From NCBI GenBank assembly GCA_963726455.1, contig CAVSCK010000004.1:1216001-1280000 (forward strand): 64,000 bases of DNA. Direction: 5' to 3'. Under the pieces are notes generated by a model. It worked only from the letters and a program-made list of their open reading frames with translations. It did not search any database and was not told the DNA's origin. The DNA is from an uncultured bacterium. Its GTDB lineage: Bacteria > Zixibacteria > MSB-5A5 > CAIYYT01. Made by a program: the position numbers and the translations under genes. Positions 1-10,205 of this stretch are shown here, piece after piece; the stretch's first letter is position 1, and the number at the start of each line of letters is the position of its first letter.

Positions 1-136
1 GGCAATGAGTCGGCCTGAATCAGGCGGACAAATGATAGCACACGTTCACGCGGTGACGGCCCGGAACTGGAACAGCCCAGCCCAATTGCCAGGCAGATGA
101 CCAGAGTCAGGACAGCCAGAACGCGATACGCCATCG

Positions 137-1144
137 CTACCACCTGTAAGCCAGACCCACCCGATGGAGCGAGCCGAGGTCGGCATAAGGCAGGTAAGCA
201 TAATCGATGGCAACCTTGGGCAGATTAAATCCGGCGCCGAATGAAAATCCGGCGGTGTTGTCCTTGCTGCCACCGGTCTTATAATTCTGGCCGAAGGTGG
301 AATAACCGAGCCGCAGCGAGACCGGTATCTTCGGGTGGATTTCCACGCCGATCGAACCGTACAAATCGTTGTCCGCCGGCAGCACACCTTCCAGGGAGAC
401 GGTCAGCGGCAATTCGTTGACGCGGTGGGAAATACCCGCGCGGATCAGTACCGGCAACGGGTCTTTGTGTTCTTTCGACAAACTCGAAAGCTGTACACCG
501 AGATTGGAAGCCGACAGCCCGATGTTGGTGCGGCCGTCCTTAATTCGATATAGCAGACCGGCATCGATAGCCAATCCCGTCGATGAGTACTGGTCTATCT
601 TCTGGTAAATGAATTTTACCGTGCCCCCGCCGGCAAGTTGCGGTGACAGCTTGCGGGCGTACGTCCCCGCCAGCGCCATGTCGGAACCGCCGAAATTGCC
701 GTTCGCAATACCCAGATCATCAAAACCGTTGATAGTGCCATAATTAAGATATGTTATCGAGAAAGCCAGTGCCGCCGGGGAGTCGTGAAACGTTGGAGTC
801 TCCTCTGCGTCACCGGAAGCCGGATCGGAGCCGCCGGGGTCGACCGCCTTGCCGCGCGGCAGAACACAGACCAGATTGCCCGACTGGATGCCGGCGATGT
901 AGTTCATATATGAGGCCGAGACCGCGTTATGCTGGAAGCCCACTATGCCGGCGGGATTATAGTAGACGGCAGATTCGTCATCGGCCAAGCCGACAAACGC
1001 TCCGCCCATGGCAGCCGACTTCGCGCCAAATCCGATTTTCAAGAACGGATAGGCCGTAGTGCCGACTTTGCTCTTGCCGGCAAACAACGACGCCGACATC
1101 AAAAGAACTAAAACTACAGATAGAATGGTCTTGGCTGATTTCAT
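137..1144 (-). CDS. PorV/PorQ-family outer-membrane beta-barrel protein (T9SS-associated)
   Basis: Signal peptide MKSAKTILSVVLVLL; PorV-type N-terminal motif FLKIGFGAKSAAMGGAFVGLADDESAVYYNPAG; terminal aromatic residue (YRW). Start moved to ATG at 1144. Confidence 0.8.
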   Translation of the reverse strand: MKSAKTILSVVLVLLMSASLFAGKSKVGTTAYPFLKIGFGAKSAAMGGAFVGLADDESAVYYNPAGIVGFQHNAVSASYMNYIAGIQSGNLVCVLPRGKAVDPGGSDPASGDAEETPTFHDSPAALAFSITYLNYGTINGFDDLGIANGNFGGSDMALAGTYARKLSPQLAGGGTVKFIYQKIDQYSSTGLAIDAGLLYRIKDGRTNIGLSASNLGVQLSSLSKEHKDPLPVLIRAGISHRVNELPLTVSLEGVLPADNDLYGSIGVEIHPKIPVSLRLGYSTFGQNYKTGGSKDNTAGFSFGAGFNLPKVAIDYAYLPYADLGSLHRVGLAYRW

Positions 1145-1208
1145 TTTGACCTCATGTCTATGTTTGACACTGTAATATACCACTCCGGATTCTTGTGCGC
1201 AACCGCTC

Positions 1209-1682
1209 TTACCAGGTTTTGGTAGTCTCATCGACAATATCCTGGGCAAGTTTATCGATCGCGGCCGACTTGCCGTCATCCTCGGTCTGGCTGGTGGCAT
1301 TGTAGACGCCGAAACCGAGCATGTTGGACTTTTCATAAAGCGATTTACCACCCTTACGTTCCAGAACCACGTTCACGTAGATGTTGACCTTATATTCGGC
1401 GACGTTGCTGGCGGCGTCATAGGTATACGGCACTCGCTCGTACTTGACGATTTCCCCGCGCAGGACAGCGTCGGCGTCGGATTGTGCGACGACTTTCAGC
1501 GTGTTGTCGGCGATAAATCGCTCCGTAACTTTGCTGGTCAAATCGTCCTGAATGCCGTACTGCGTGGTTTTGTTGTCGAACTGCGGTATCGCGACGGTCT
1601 TAACACCGCCAAGGGATGAACTGGAAAACGAATAACACCCCGCGAAAATCAGTCCGACACACACTACTATGACGGCTCTCAA
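1209..1682 (-). CDS. lptE: LptE-family LPS assembly lipoprotein
   Basis: Lipobox FAGC followed by YSFSSS; KTVAIPQFDNKT and ADAVLRGEI motifs typical of FCB-type LptE. Confidence 0.75.
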   Translation of the reverse strand: MRAVIVVCVGLIFAGCYSFSSSSLGGVKTVAIPQFDNKTTQYGIQDDLTSKVTERFIADNTLKVVAQSDADAVLRGEIVKYERVPYTYDAASNVAEYKVNIYVNVVLERKGGKSLYEKSNMLGFGVYNATSQTEDDGKSAAIDKLAQDIVDETTKTW

Positions 1683-2941
1683 ACGACCCTTCTCCCTCGT
1701 TTATAAACGCTGCGAACGGGATTCTGTGCAAATAGATACGGAATCTGTTCATAGTTTTCTACATCCCAGATTACGAAATCGGCGAGTTTTTGTGGCTGCA
1801 GTGAACCGATTTCTTTCTGCAGGCCGAGCGAACACGCCGAATTGAAAGTCACGGCATTTAGAATTTCCTCGGCCGTCATCTTAAGATAAATCGCCGCAAT
1901 CGTCATATCGGCGGGCAGCGACGTGGTACAGGATGAACCGGGGTTGAAATCAGTTGCCAGCGCCACGGCTACTCCCCTATCGATCATAATGCGCGCCGGA
2001 GCATACTGCTTGTGCCCGAGGAAGAACGTCGTCGCGGGCAGCAACACAGCAATGACTCCCGCGTCAGCCATCTTGGCGATTCCGGCGTCCGAAACATAGA
2101 CGAGGTGGTCGGCACTGACGGCGCCCATTTCGGCTGCCAGTTCGGCGCCACCGATTGACTTCAGTTCGTCGGCATGAAAGCGCAGTTTCAGCCCGTGCCC
2201 CTTGGCCGCAGTCATGACGCGCCGCGACTGCGCAATATCGAACACGCCCTGCTCGGTGAAGATGTCGCAGAACACCGCCAGCTTGCGATGCGTAATTTCG
2301 GGAATCATTTCTTCGATCAACAGGCGCACATAGCCCTCGCGGTTGTCGCGATACTCATCCGGAAATTCGTGCGCGCCCAAAAACGTCGGCACCAGGTCGA
2401 TATTGTGATTGGCGTTCAGCCAGTCGATGACCTCCAGCGACCTGATTTCGGCCTCGGTCGACAGCCCGTATCCAGACTTGGCTTCGATAGTGGTCGTGCC
2501 TGATTGCAGCATGCGGTCAAGGAATCGTTGCGCGTTTTCGCACAAGTGGTCGAAACTGGCGGCGCGGGTCCGGCGCACCGAATTGCGAATCCCGCCCCCC
2601 GCTTCGGCGATTTCCATATATGATTTACCGGCGTTGCGCAGATAGAACTCATGCTCGCGCGTGGCGGCAAAAATCGGATGCGTATGCGGATCGACCAAAC
2701 CGGGCGTGACCACGCTTCCCAGAGCGTCGACAGTGGTCTCGAAACGGCGTCCGGAGTAGCTTGATCCCAGCGCCGCTTCCGGCCCGACCCAGGCCACCCG
2801 TTCCCCTTCAACGACCATCGCACCCTTTTCAAATAACTCCAACCGCCCGAAATCCTCGCCGATTTTGGGACTGTCCCCATCATGGCGGCAAGTGACAAGC
2901 TGCGAGATATTATGAATCAGAGTTTGCGTCGACGCCTTCAT
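1679..2941 (-). CDS. hutI: Imidazolonepropionase
   Basis: TPGLVDPHTH, GTTTIEAKSGYGL, TFLGAH, HADEL, SADHL and ALATDFNPGS motifs. Confidence 0.95.
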   Translation of the reverse strand: MKASTQTLIHNISQLVTCRHDGDSPKIGEDFGRLELFEKGAMVVEGERVAWVGPEAALGSSYSGRRFETTVDALGSVVTPGLVDPHTHPIFAATREHEFYLRNAGKSYMEIAEAGGGIRNSVRRTRAASFDHLCENAQRFLDRMLQSGTTTIEAKSGYGLSTEAEIRSLEVIDWLNANHNIDLVPTFLGAHEFPDEYRDNREGYVRLLIEEMIPEITHRKLAVFCDIFTEQGVFDIAQSRRVMTAAKGHGLKLRFHADELKSIGGAELAAEMGAVSADHLVYVSDAGIAKMADAGVIAVLLPATTFFLGHKQYAPARIMIDRGVAVALATDFNPGSSCTTSLPADMTIAAIYLKMTAEEILNAVTFNSACSLGLQKEIGSLQPQKLADFVIWDVENYEQIPYLFAQNPVRSVYKRGRRVV

Positions 2942-3009
2942 TGCGAAGAGAGGATAAGAAATCGCCGCCATTGAGGGAAGAAGATTTGTAAACGTCCCTA
3001 CCGCGCCGT

Positions 3010-3151
3010 GTCATTCCCGCGCAGGCGGGAATCCAGGCTAATTCGAACGCGTAGCTCAAAACCGCCTCGGACTTGACACTTGGTTTCGTAGGTCGGGTTC
3101 CCAGCGCAGCGCGGAACCCGACACTGGGTACCCCGCCCGCAAGGGCGGGAC
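3010..3151. repeat. Cluster of four different REP-like palindromes
   Basis: GTCATTCCCGCGCAGGCGGGAATCCAG; GTAGCTCAAAACCGCCTCGGACTTGACAC; GTAGGTCGGGTTCC..GGAACCCGAC; CCCGCCCGCAAGGGCGGG. Confidence 0.75.
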
Positions 3152-3275
3152 TGTTCCGCGCACCCCACGTCCTCATTCGCCGCACCCTTGGACAAACAGA
3201 AATACGTTGACATCCCCAACCTTAGCTTGCATTCTGCTCATCGGGGACTAGGCGAACTAACCAATAGAGAAGACA

Positions 3276-3304
3276 GTGTCAAGAGCGAAGCGGTTCTGAC
3301 CTAT
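3276..3304 (-). repeat. REP-like family A copy (consensus approx. RTAGGTCARAACCGCYTCGGTCTTGACAC)
   Basis: Reverse complement ATAGGTCAGAACCGCTTCGCTCTTGACAC; related copies at 3051, 3908, 4637, 48522, 49409 and 58822. Confidence 0.7.
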
Positions 3305-3347
3305 AGATCAAGTGGCTCCCAATTGAAGTAGTATCGAAGGGATCGGA

Positions 3348-3899
3348 ATGGCAAATATCAACATCTGGGATTCGCAAGATTCGAAATCCGGCAAACGAAG
3401 CAGCGTGGCATTGGTTCGAGATGTAAGAGAAGCGCGGCGTATGCTGTCCGTGGGCAGTCGGCAGGTTCTTCTGATCCTATCTCCGCTGCTGACAATGATG
3501 ATTGTATGGGGTGCATTTGAGGCCCACAGAGGATACCAGATTCACAAATCACTAGTCGTCTTCCCGGCGATATACTTTCTGGTCCTGGGAATCGGTGGCT
3601 TCGCTTATTTGCTGAGTTCCAGGGCGCTTTTTATGGTCGATTCTGTTGTTAGTGGTAATGTAGTCTCAAGCAGGATACTGTTGTTTTCAAGACTGATTAG
3701 ATACGAGGATATCGGAAGGATCTCTCTCACGGTCGATCGTCGTTCCCTGCTGATCCTAAGAATCGCTTCTGGGACTGGTGACTCAATCACCATTGTCGGT
3801 TTGGGACGAGAGAAGTGTCGCCAGGTTCTGATATTACTACAGCAGAAGGTCGAAGCGAAAAGCTTCAATCAGGAAGCGTTACGGTTACTCGAAGAATAA
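3348..3899 (+). CDS. Hypothetical membrane protein (2 TM helices plus soluble C-terminal domain)
   Basis: 183-aa ORF with ATG start after a GAAGGGA-like RBS; two hydrophobic helices. Confidence 0.6.
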   Translation: MANINIWDSQDSKSGKRSSVALVRDVREARRMLSVGSRQVLLILSPLLTMMIVWGAFEAHRGYQIHKSLVVFPAIYFLVLGIGGFAYLLSSRALFMVDSVVSGNVVSSRILLFSRLIRYEDIGRISLTVDRRSLLILRIASGTGDSITIVGLGREKCRQVLILLQQKVEAKSFNQEALRLLEE

Positions 3900-3907
3900 A
3901 ACAGTCC

Positions 3908-3935
3908 GTAGCTCAAAACCGCCTCGGTCTTGCAC
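3908..3935 (+). repeat. REP-like family A copy
   Basis: GTAGCTCAAAACCGCCTCGGTCTTGCAC, nearly identical to 3051-3079. Confidence 0.75.
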
Positions 3936-4068
3936 TTATTCTCGTAGGTCCGCGTTCCGAGTCCCATGCCACTATGCCGCCAACGCATATTGCAGCTTCC
4001 GCCCCTATCTTTCGACACGCTTCCTATATACCACGCACAGGTAGATACGCCGCTGTCGGAGCCGTTCC

Positions 4069-4143
4069 GGTAGGATAAACATTCTTGTTTGTCCCCGTCG
4101 TCGGTGGCAGTCACAAGAAGTCAAACAGGAATGTTTAACCTAC
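4069..4143. repeat. Inverted pair of GTAG-type REPs (REPIN-like)
   Basis: GTAGGATAAACATTCTTGTTTG ... CAAACAGGAATGTTTAACCTAC. Confidence 0.65.
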
Positions 4144-4168
4144 CGAACTGATGAGCGTCGGGACTTAG

Positions 4169-4603
4169 TCAGTCGATCTTGACAAAATCACGTCGTTCAT
4201 TGTGGCACAACTCTACCCACTGCCTATGTTGCCTCTTCTTGACGACGTAACCCTTTCTGAGAACGCGCACTTCACCCGGCCTAAGCTCTACAGCTCCGAT
4301 ACAAAGTTCTTCATTGCTATGAAGAACTAGATGTTCAATCTCTACTGAATATTCATCATATGGAAGATGTGGTACGAAACGGTATGTTCCCGTGTCGGAC
4401 ATCAACTGTCCCTCGCGAGGTTGGTAAAAGTGTGTGAAAGTAGAATCGGGTCGAAAGACAATTTGATCTATCTCAGCACTGCCAAAATCCGCCTGATAAG
4501 TACCTACGAAGTGGGCGAAATCGATTTTTTCGCTGGGCAAGTCAATATCACATGAGAGGACGACTGCAATTAATGTCAGAAGCGCGGCAGCTAGGATTCT
4601 CAT
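4169..4603 (-). CDS. Hypothetical lipoprotein
   Basis: Lipobox VLSC after a hydrophobic signal; 144 aa. Confidence 0.65.
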   Translation of the reverse strand: MRILAAALLTLIAVVLSCDIDLPSEKIDFAHFVGTYQADFGSAEIDQIVFRPDSTFTHFYQPREGQLMSDTGTYRFVPHLPYDEYSVEIEHLVLHSNEELCIGAVELRPGEVRVLRKGYVVKKRQHRQWVELCHNERRDFVKID

Positions 4604-4667
4604 AATATTGGTAATCCAGTCCCGACCAGCGAGATTTCACAACCGAAGCGGTCTTGACTTACAAAGT

Positions 4668-5378
4668 CTAATAATCAAGTTTCATCGGCAGTCGATGCTT
4701 CACCGACAATCTTGCGTGATGCAAGAACATGGCCAAACCAAACCGAGCTGCCTCGTTAAAGCGCTGCTCACTTCCGGGACCGTCATATATCCATTGCGCA
4801 ATATCGTAGTCTGAGCCCCGCACGGTTTCCGAATTTAGTATCTCAAGTTCTCTAAGTAGCTCCATCGAAGAACCAAGCGGAACTTCTTGCCCAGCCAAGT
4901 CTTCAGACCTAAAAACAGACCCAAAATCGACGGGCAACCAGAGTTCCGGCAAGAGGATGTGATTAAATCGCGATTTGAAATCGTCAGCAGTTGACGCCAC
5001 AAATGCCGGATCGCCGCCCCATTCGTTGGTCGCCTTCTCAGGCTTCGGCATTTCGGGATGTTCGTGGTGTGCCGCCATCAGAAGCAAACAGGCGTAACCG
5101 TCCCAGTCTGGCTTATCAGTAAAATAGGGAGTATCCGGTCGTTCCTCCCACTCGAGAATGGGCACTAGAAATTTGCTCAATCCTTTGCTCAGACTGTAAC
5201 GCCATAATCGGATGCAATCCATTATCACAGTTTCGTCTGTGACGACATCGCTTTCTTGTGTGCTAGGGCGCACGGTCGCATATACCACCCCCTGTTTACG
5301 CGCCCACTTGCTGACAACGGTCTCCCAATTGCCGACGTAGTATCTGACAAGCGAACCTACGTAGATATCGAGCCCCAC
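4668..5378 (-). CDS. Hypothetical protein (MGLDIYVGSL...)
   Basis: Long ORF; likely GTG start at 5378 after an AAGAAGGGAA RBS. Confidence 0.7.
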   Translation of the reverse strand: MGLDIYVGSLVRYYVGNWETVVSKWARKQGVVYATVRPSTQESDVVTDETVIMDCIRLWRYSLSKGLSKFLVPILEWEERPDTPYFTDKPDWDGYACLLLMAAHHEHPEMPKPEKATNEWGGDPAFVASTADDFKSRFNHILLPELWLPVDFGSVFRSEDLAGQEVPLGSSMELLRELEILNSETVRGSDYDIAQWIYDGPGSEQRFNEAARFGLAMFLHHARLSVKHRLPMKLDY

Positions 5379-5476
5379 GATAGTTCCCTTCTTAAAACGC
5401 TGTTGGTCGTACCGGCTTTGTCCCCGCTCGCCGCCTAGTTTCAGGGGGGGGCATCCTTTCACTGCTTCTCTTCTTC

Positions 5477-5764
5477 CTACACCCCTGCCCGCACCGCTTT
5501 CCGATAATAGCGAATCAAGAACATCATATTCATCGCTGCCAACATGGCCACTAAAAACAGATTAAGATGAATGATAAAGCGGTCGGAATCGTTGATCAAA
5601 TAGGTCGTCCTGCCGATCCATGGGCATAGAAAATTGACGACCAGCGAAATAGCAAACGCAACTTTCGAGCGCGGCCATTTCAGTCCGAACGCAATCGCAA
5701 GGCCCACAATTGCGCCCGCCGCAAATGACCAGATCACATTCTGCAGTTGATAGGATTCCAACAT
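5477..5764 (-). CDS. Small hypothetical membrane protein
   Basis: GGGAGG RBS; three hydrophobic segments. Confidence 0.55.
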   Translation of the reverse strand: MLESYQLQNVIWSFAAGAIVGLAIAFGLKWPRSKVAFAISLVVNFLCPWIGRTTYLINDSDRFIIHLNLFLVAMLAAMNMMFLIRYYRKAVRAGV

Positions 5765-5931
5765 CAGATGTCCCTCCCATATTATGCCGCCAAGGATTCC
5801 CGGTCAATTTCCGGAATCGTTGGCAACTTACAATCAATCTTTCGCTATCGACAATAAACTCGATAACCCCTCATTGTGTCAAGCGAGAAAACAAGAATAT
5901 CCGGGTCTCGTAATCTGCCCCCTTGTCGCCG

Positions 5932-7239
5932 TCAGTCGTTAGGTGTCGGACGAGGAATAATTCCTTTGGCGATATATATCGGCCTGACATGTCTGCGCCA
6001 ATTCGGGAGGTTGAGCATAAAGATCAGCGACGCAAGGATGCAGACGACGCCGTTGATGCGCAGCGTCAGCGGCGCACCGATGGCGGATGCGACCGACCCG
6101 GCAATGAGCGTGCCGATCGGCATCATTCCCATGAACGATACCACATGCAGACTCATCACGCGCCCGCGTTTGTCGTCATCGACGATGGTTTGCAGCAGCG
6201 TGTTGCTGGTCGCCACCTGAATCATCATGCCGAGTCCCATCAGATACATCATGCCGAGTGACACCCAAAATGTCTCGGACAGCGAGAACAGAATCAGCCC
6301 GCAGCCGAGCACCAACGACGCAATCGACAGCACTCGTCCCAGGCCGACGACATTCCGACGTGCTGCCAGGTAGAGCGCACCGGACAGCGCGCCGACGCCG
6401 GTGGCGCCCATCAGGAACCCGAGCGTGCGCGGACCGCCATGCAGAATGTCTTTGGCGAAAATCGGCAACAGCGATGGATAGGACAGCCCGATCAGACTGA
6501 CGCAAGCCGTCAACAACAGAATCGATCGAATCGGGGGCGAACCATGGACGTAACGAATTCCATCTTTCAAATCGGTTAACACGTTGCCGCCGTTGGCCTG
6601 TTTTTCCCGACGCTTAACGCGCATCAACAGCAGCGCGATAATTACGGCAATGTAGCTGATGCCGTTGACCAGGAAGCAGACGGCCTCCCCTACCCAGGCA
6701 ATCAACACTCCGGCAATCGACGGACCGATCAGACGCGCGCCGTTGACCATAGATGAATTCATGGCGATGGCGTTGCCCAAGTCGCGTTTGTCGTCCACCA
6801 TCTGCACGATGAATGATTGCCGCGCCGGGGTGTCGAAGGCGTTGATCAAACCGATCACGAGACTGAGTGCGATTATCTGCCAAACCTGGATGCTGCCAGC
6901 GAACACCAATGTCGCCAGAACAAACGCCTGCAACATGGCCAGGGTTTGCGTGATGACAATCGTGCGGCGCAGATTCCAGCGATCGGCAAAAACCCCGGCA
7001 ATGGGAGCAAAAACGGTGACGGGAATCTGGTTGGTGAAGCCGATCAGACCCAGCAGAAAAGCCGAACCGGTCAGGCGATAGACCAGCCAGCTCAGGGAAA
7101 TCGACTGCATCCAGGTGCCGATCAGCGAGAAACTCTGGCCGGTGAAGAAGAGCCGATAGTTGCGGTTCTTGAGCGCGCGGAAAATGTGACGTAGTCCCTC
7201 TGGACGTGTGGGTGTCGCGGCGGTCGAATTGGGTGGCAT
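5932..7239 (-). CDS. MFS transporter (MFS_3 / macrolide-efflux-like)
   Basis: FRALKNRNYRLFFTGQSFSLIGTWMQ, GVFADRW, DTPARQSF motifs; about 12 TM helices. Confidence 0.9.
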   Translation of the reverse strand: MPPNSTAATPTRPEGLRHIFRALKNRNYRLFFTGQSFSLIGTWMQSISLSWLVYRLTGSAFLLGLIGFTNQIPVTVFAPIAGVFADRWNLRRTIVITQTLAMLQAFVLATLVFAGSIQVWQIIALSLVIGLINAFDTPARQSFIVQMVDDKRDLGNAIAMNSSMVNGARLIGPSIAGVLIAWVGEAVCFLVNGISYIAVIIALLLMRVKRREKQANGGNVLTDLKDGIRYVHGSPPIRSILLLTACVSLIGLSYPSLLPIFAKDILHGGPRTLGFLMGATGVGALSGALYLAARRNVVGLGRVLSIASLVLGCGLILFSLSETFWVSLGMMYLMGLGMMIQVATSNTLLQTIVDDDKRGRVMSLHVVSFMGMMPIGTLIAGSVASAIGAPLTLRINGVVCILASLIFMLNLPNWRRHVRPIYIAKGIIPRPTPND

Positions 7240-7394
7240 GGAAATCAATATAGGCGGAAGGCGGGGTGATTGGCAAGGGGAGCGCAGAAATCCTTTCCGC
7301 TGCGCCAGTCAAGGGCTCCGACGCCACTCAGATGTTGAGTGGGAATATTCCGTAAAAGCATCTGTATAATGGTCGGTATTGTCGGGAATAGTTC

Positions 7395-7422
7395 TTGACT
7401 GTGAGTTTTTTCAAGCTATAAT
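7395..7422 (+). promoter_or_regulatory. Putative sigma70 promoter
   Basis: TTGACT-N16-TATAAT upstream of the 7516 ORF. Confidence 0.5.
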
Positions 7423-7515
7423 GTGGGTGACATAATACAGCGACCATCTACAAACACGGCGAGGGCAAGCCGCTGTATTCGTGTTCCAATTCTGCTTCTC
7501 AGGGAGGTTTGACTT

Positions 7516-10101
7516 ATGCACCGATTGATATTGATCGCAACTATTCTGCTGGTTTCTATGTCGGTTTCGACCGCCACCACGATTCATGTTCCCGCCGAAC
7601 AACCTACGATCCAGGCGGGCATTGATGCAGCGTCGGACGGGGATACGGTGCTGGTGAGTAGTGGAAGCTACCCGGAGCATGTGGATTTTCATGGCAAGTC
7701 AATTTGCCTTGTGTCGAAGGAAGGTCCTTCTGAAACAGCACTCGGCTCGGTACACAGCGACGAAAGCGGGCTTTCAATCGTGATTGACGGATTCTCATTT
7801 CATGAAGACGATATCACGTACTACATCATAATCTGGTATTCATCCCGCGCCATCGTTAGAAATTGCGCATTCCTTGGGACACGCATTTATGGTGCTGTGG
7901 CTTCATCAAGTGTCACAGTTGTGAGCATTGAGCACTGCATTTTCGGCGGAATGATCTATTACCCTACTATCTGCGATGGTCCGGATTGTAGATTCGTAAA
8001 CAATACCGTTGTTGGTGAAGGTTACGGATTAAGAATGATGGGGCCAAACAACTCTATTGTTAACAATATAATCACTAACAGATACGAAAGAGCGTTCGAG
8101 TACCTGAATCCAACGACAGTCGTAGATTATAACGATTTCTGGAGCAATCTTACCGCCAGCGATCCCGGACCATACGGGATAACTACACCTCCCATGTTTG
8201 TTGACCCGCTTCATGGCGACTGCCGATTGTCCGATGCATCGCCTTGTGTCGATGCAGGGGATCCGAATCCTAAGTACAACGATCCGGACGGTACGAGAAG
8301 TGATATTGGGGCAAGATGGTTCGACAGTCATCGACCGTTGCCTCATGCCCAGGGCTTAATTCTGGCAGGCGAAAACTGCGAAAGAGTCGTAAGTCATTCG
8401 CCGCGATTCCAATGGAAATTCGTAGATCCTGGGCGACCGCAAACGGCCTACGAAATACAGGTGAGTTCTGACTACACTTGGCAGACTATTGACATGTGGT
8501 CACCTGGAATAACGACCGGAGACGACAGCCTGGCGCAGTACGGTGGATTGGAATTAGTCGATGGGGGTCGGTATTATGTGCGCGTGAGAGTCAAGGCTGA
8601 CGACATTTGGAGTGACTGGAGCCAGCTCTCCTTCTATATGAATAGCAGGACCAGCAGGCCTATTCCTTTATTCCCAACTTTCGGCCAAGTGCTGCCCGTC
8701 TGGATGATTCAATTGATAGTGCAGGATGGGTTAGATAAGGAGAATGATTACTGGACTTATGACTTCCAGATCTTCGCCGACGAGAATCTGGAAAACCGTG
8801 TTTTCGAATTAAACGACGTGCCAGAAACAGTTCCCCAAACAGGTACGGGGATTATTCCAGGCCTTCTGCCCGATACTAGGTACTGGTGGCGGGCAAGGTG
8901 CAGTGATTCATACGAAGAGTCAGCGTGGTCGTTCGTAAGTCCGTTCACCACTCGGCTAAACGCTACCGTTATAGTACCGATCGACCAAAGCACAATTCAA
9001 AAGGCCATCGATTACTGCACTAAAGGCGATACAATCGTTGTCCTTCCGGGCACGTATCAAGAGAATCTGAACATTAATGGCAAGAGCCTGATACTTAGGG
9101 CATCCGGTGTCCTAGGAGAGACGATTCTTGACGGCGGAGGAAACGACAACATACTGAGAATCCAATACGGCGATTCCAGCAGCCTCATTGAGGGATTCGT
9201 TTTCCAGAATGCCAAGAGGGCAATTCAAGGAGTCAATACTAGTGTGACTTTGAGAGGATGTGAATTCCGTAACCTTAGCGTATCGGAAGGCGACGAATTT
9301 GCCGTGGTGAATCTCCAGTCCAGGGGTGCCAATATTGTAGACAATTACTTTCACGATATAGTAGGCGGTGGTGTGATCGTGTACAACGCTAAAGAGATTT
9401 CTGGAAATAGATTCGAAAGAATCACGGGCTGCGCAATATTCTCTAACAATTTTGTACAGTTCTACCGGACTTTCATCCACGACAACGTAGTCACTGCTTG
9501 CAGCCAGGGGCCCGGCTTCCATGCCGCAATCGAGGTTTGTGCTGGAACGCCGATCATAACCAATAATACTATAATCGGCAATCGCGTCGGGGTTCTCACC
9601 CTCTGTGAGCCTGGCACAACGGTGCGCGGCAACATAATTGTCCAGAACACGGGGCACGGATTGCAGGGATATAGGATTGAATCTGACTACAATGACGTCT
9701 GGGGTAACGGAGGCGACGATCTTGAGGTTGTTCAAGCGGGCCCACACGACATTTCGGCTGATCCCCAATTCGTCGATGCAGCAAACGGAGATTTTCGGCT
9801 GTTGTGCACTTCCCCTTGCATTGATGCCGGCGACCCGGGTGCGGGCGGATTCATTGGCAAAGCCAGGGATATCGGGACATCCGAATTTAACTACAAGGTT
9901 GGCAATGCGGATGGAAGTGCTGACCAGGGAATCAACGTGAGCGACGTTATAGCGCTGGTGAATTTTGTGTTTGCCGGAGGCGAGCCGCCCTGCCCAGCTA
10001 ACGCGGGAGATGTTCAGTGCGACGGAACCCTAGACGTATCCGATGTCGTCTATCTTATCGCTTATATCTTCTCAAACGGTCCTGCCCCCTGCGGCAGTTA
10101 G
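7516..10101 (+). CDS. Secreted multidomain protein: two parallel beta-helix modules, FN3-like domains, C-terminal dockerin-like domain
   Basis: Signal peptide; duplicated motifs HVPAEQPTIQAGID/IVPIDQSTIQKAID and SPCxDAGDP; QTAYEIQVS; C-terminal GNADGS...GDVQCDGTLDVSDVVYLIAYIF. Confidence 0.8.
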   Translation: MHRLILIATILLVSMSVSTATTIHVPAEQPTIQAGIDAASDGDTVLVSSGSYPEHVDFHGKSICLVSKEGPSETALGSVHSDESGLSIVIDGFSFHEDDITYYIIIWYSSRAIVRNCAFLGTRIYGAVASSSVTVVSIEHCIFGGMIYYPTICDGPDCRFVNNTVVGEGYGLRMMGPNNSIVNNIITNRYERAFEYLNPTTVVDYNDFWSNLTASDPGPYGITTPPMFVDPLHGDCRLSDASPCVDAGDPNPKYNDPDGTRSDIGARWFDSHRPLPHAQGLILAGENCERVVSHSPRFQWKFVDPGRPQTAYEIQVSSDYTWQTIDMWSPGITTGDDSLAQYGGLELVDGGRYYVRVRVKADDIWSDWSQLSFYMNSRTSRPIPLFPTFGQVLPVWMIQLIVQDGLDKENDYWTYDFQIFADENLENRVFELNDVPETVPQTGTGIIPGLLPDTRYWWRARCSDSYEESAWSFVSPFTTRLNATVIVPIDQSTIQKAIDYCTKGDTIVVLPGTYQENLNINGKSLILRASGVLGETILDGGGNDNILRIQYGDSSSLIEGFVFQNAKRAIQGVNTSVTLRGCEFRNLSVSEGDEFAVVNLQSRGANIVDNYFHDIVGGGVIVYNAKEISGNRFERITGCAIFSNNFVQFYRTFIHDNVVTACSQGPGFHAAIEVCAGTPIITNNTIIGNRVGVLTLCEPGTTVRGNIIVQNTGHGLQGYRIESDYNDVWGNGGDDLEVVQAGPHDISADPQFVDAANGDFRLLCTSPCIDAGDPGAGGFIGKARDIGTSEFNYKVGNADGSADQGINVSDVIALVNFVFAGGEPPCPANAGDVQCDGTLDVSDVVYLIAYIFSNGPAPCGS

Positions 10102-10148
10102 TGAACTCTCGGCCAGGCAACACTGATCTATCATACTAGAAATGAAAA

Positions 10149-10175
10149 GCGCGAAGAGCAGATGACTCTTCGCGC
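10149..10175. terminator. Hairpin between convergent genes (likely terminator)
   Basis: GCGCGAAGAG...CTCTTCGCGC inverted repeat. Confidence 0.6.
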
Positions 10176-10205
10176 TCGTCATTTCAAGAGCTTATCAAAC
10201 AGACG

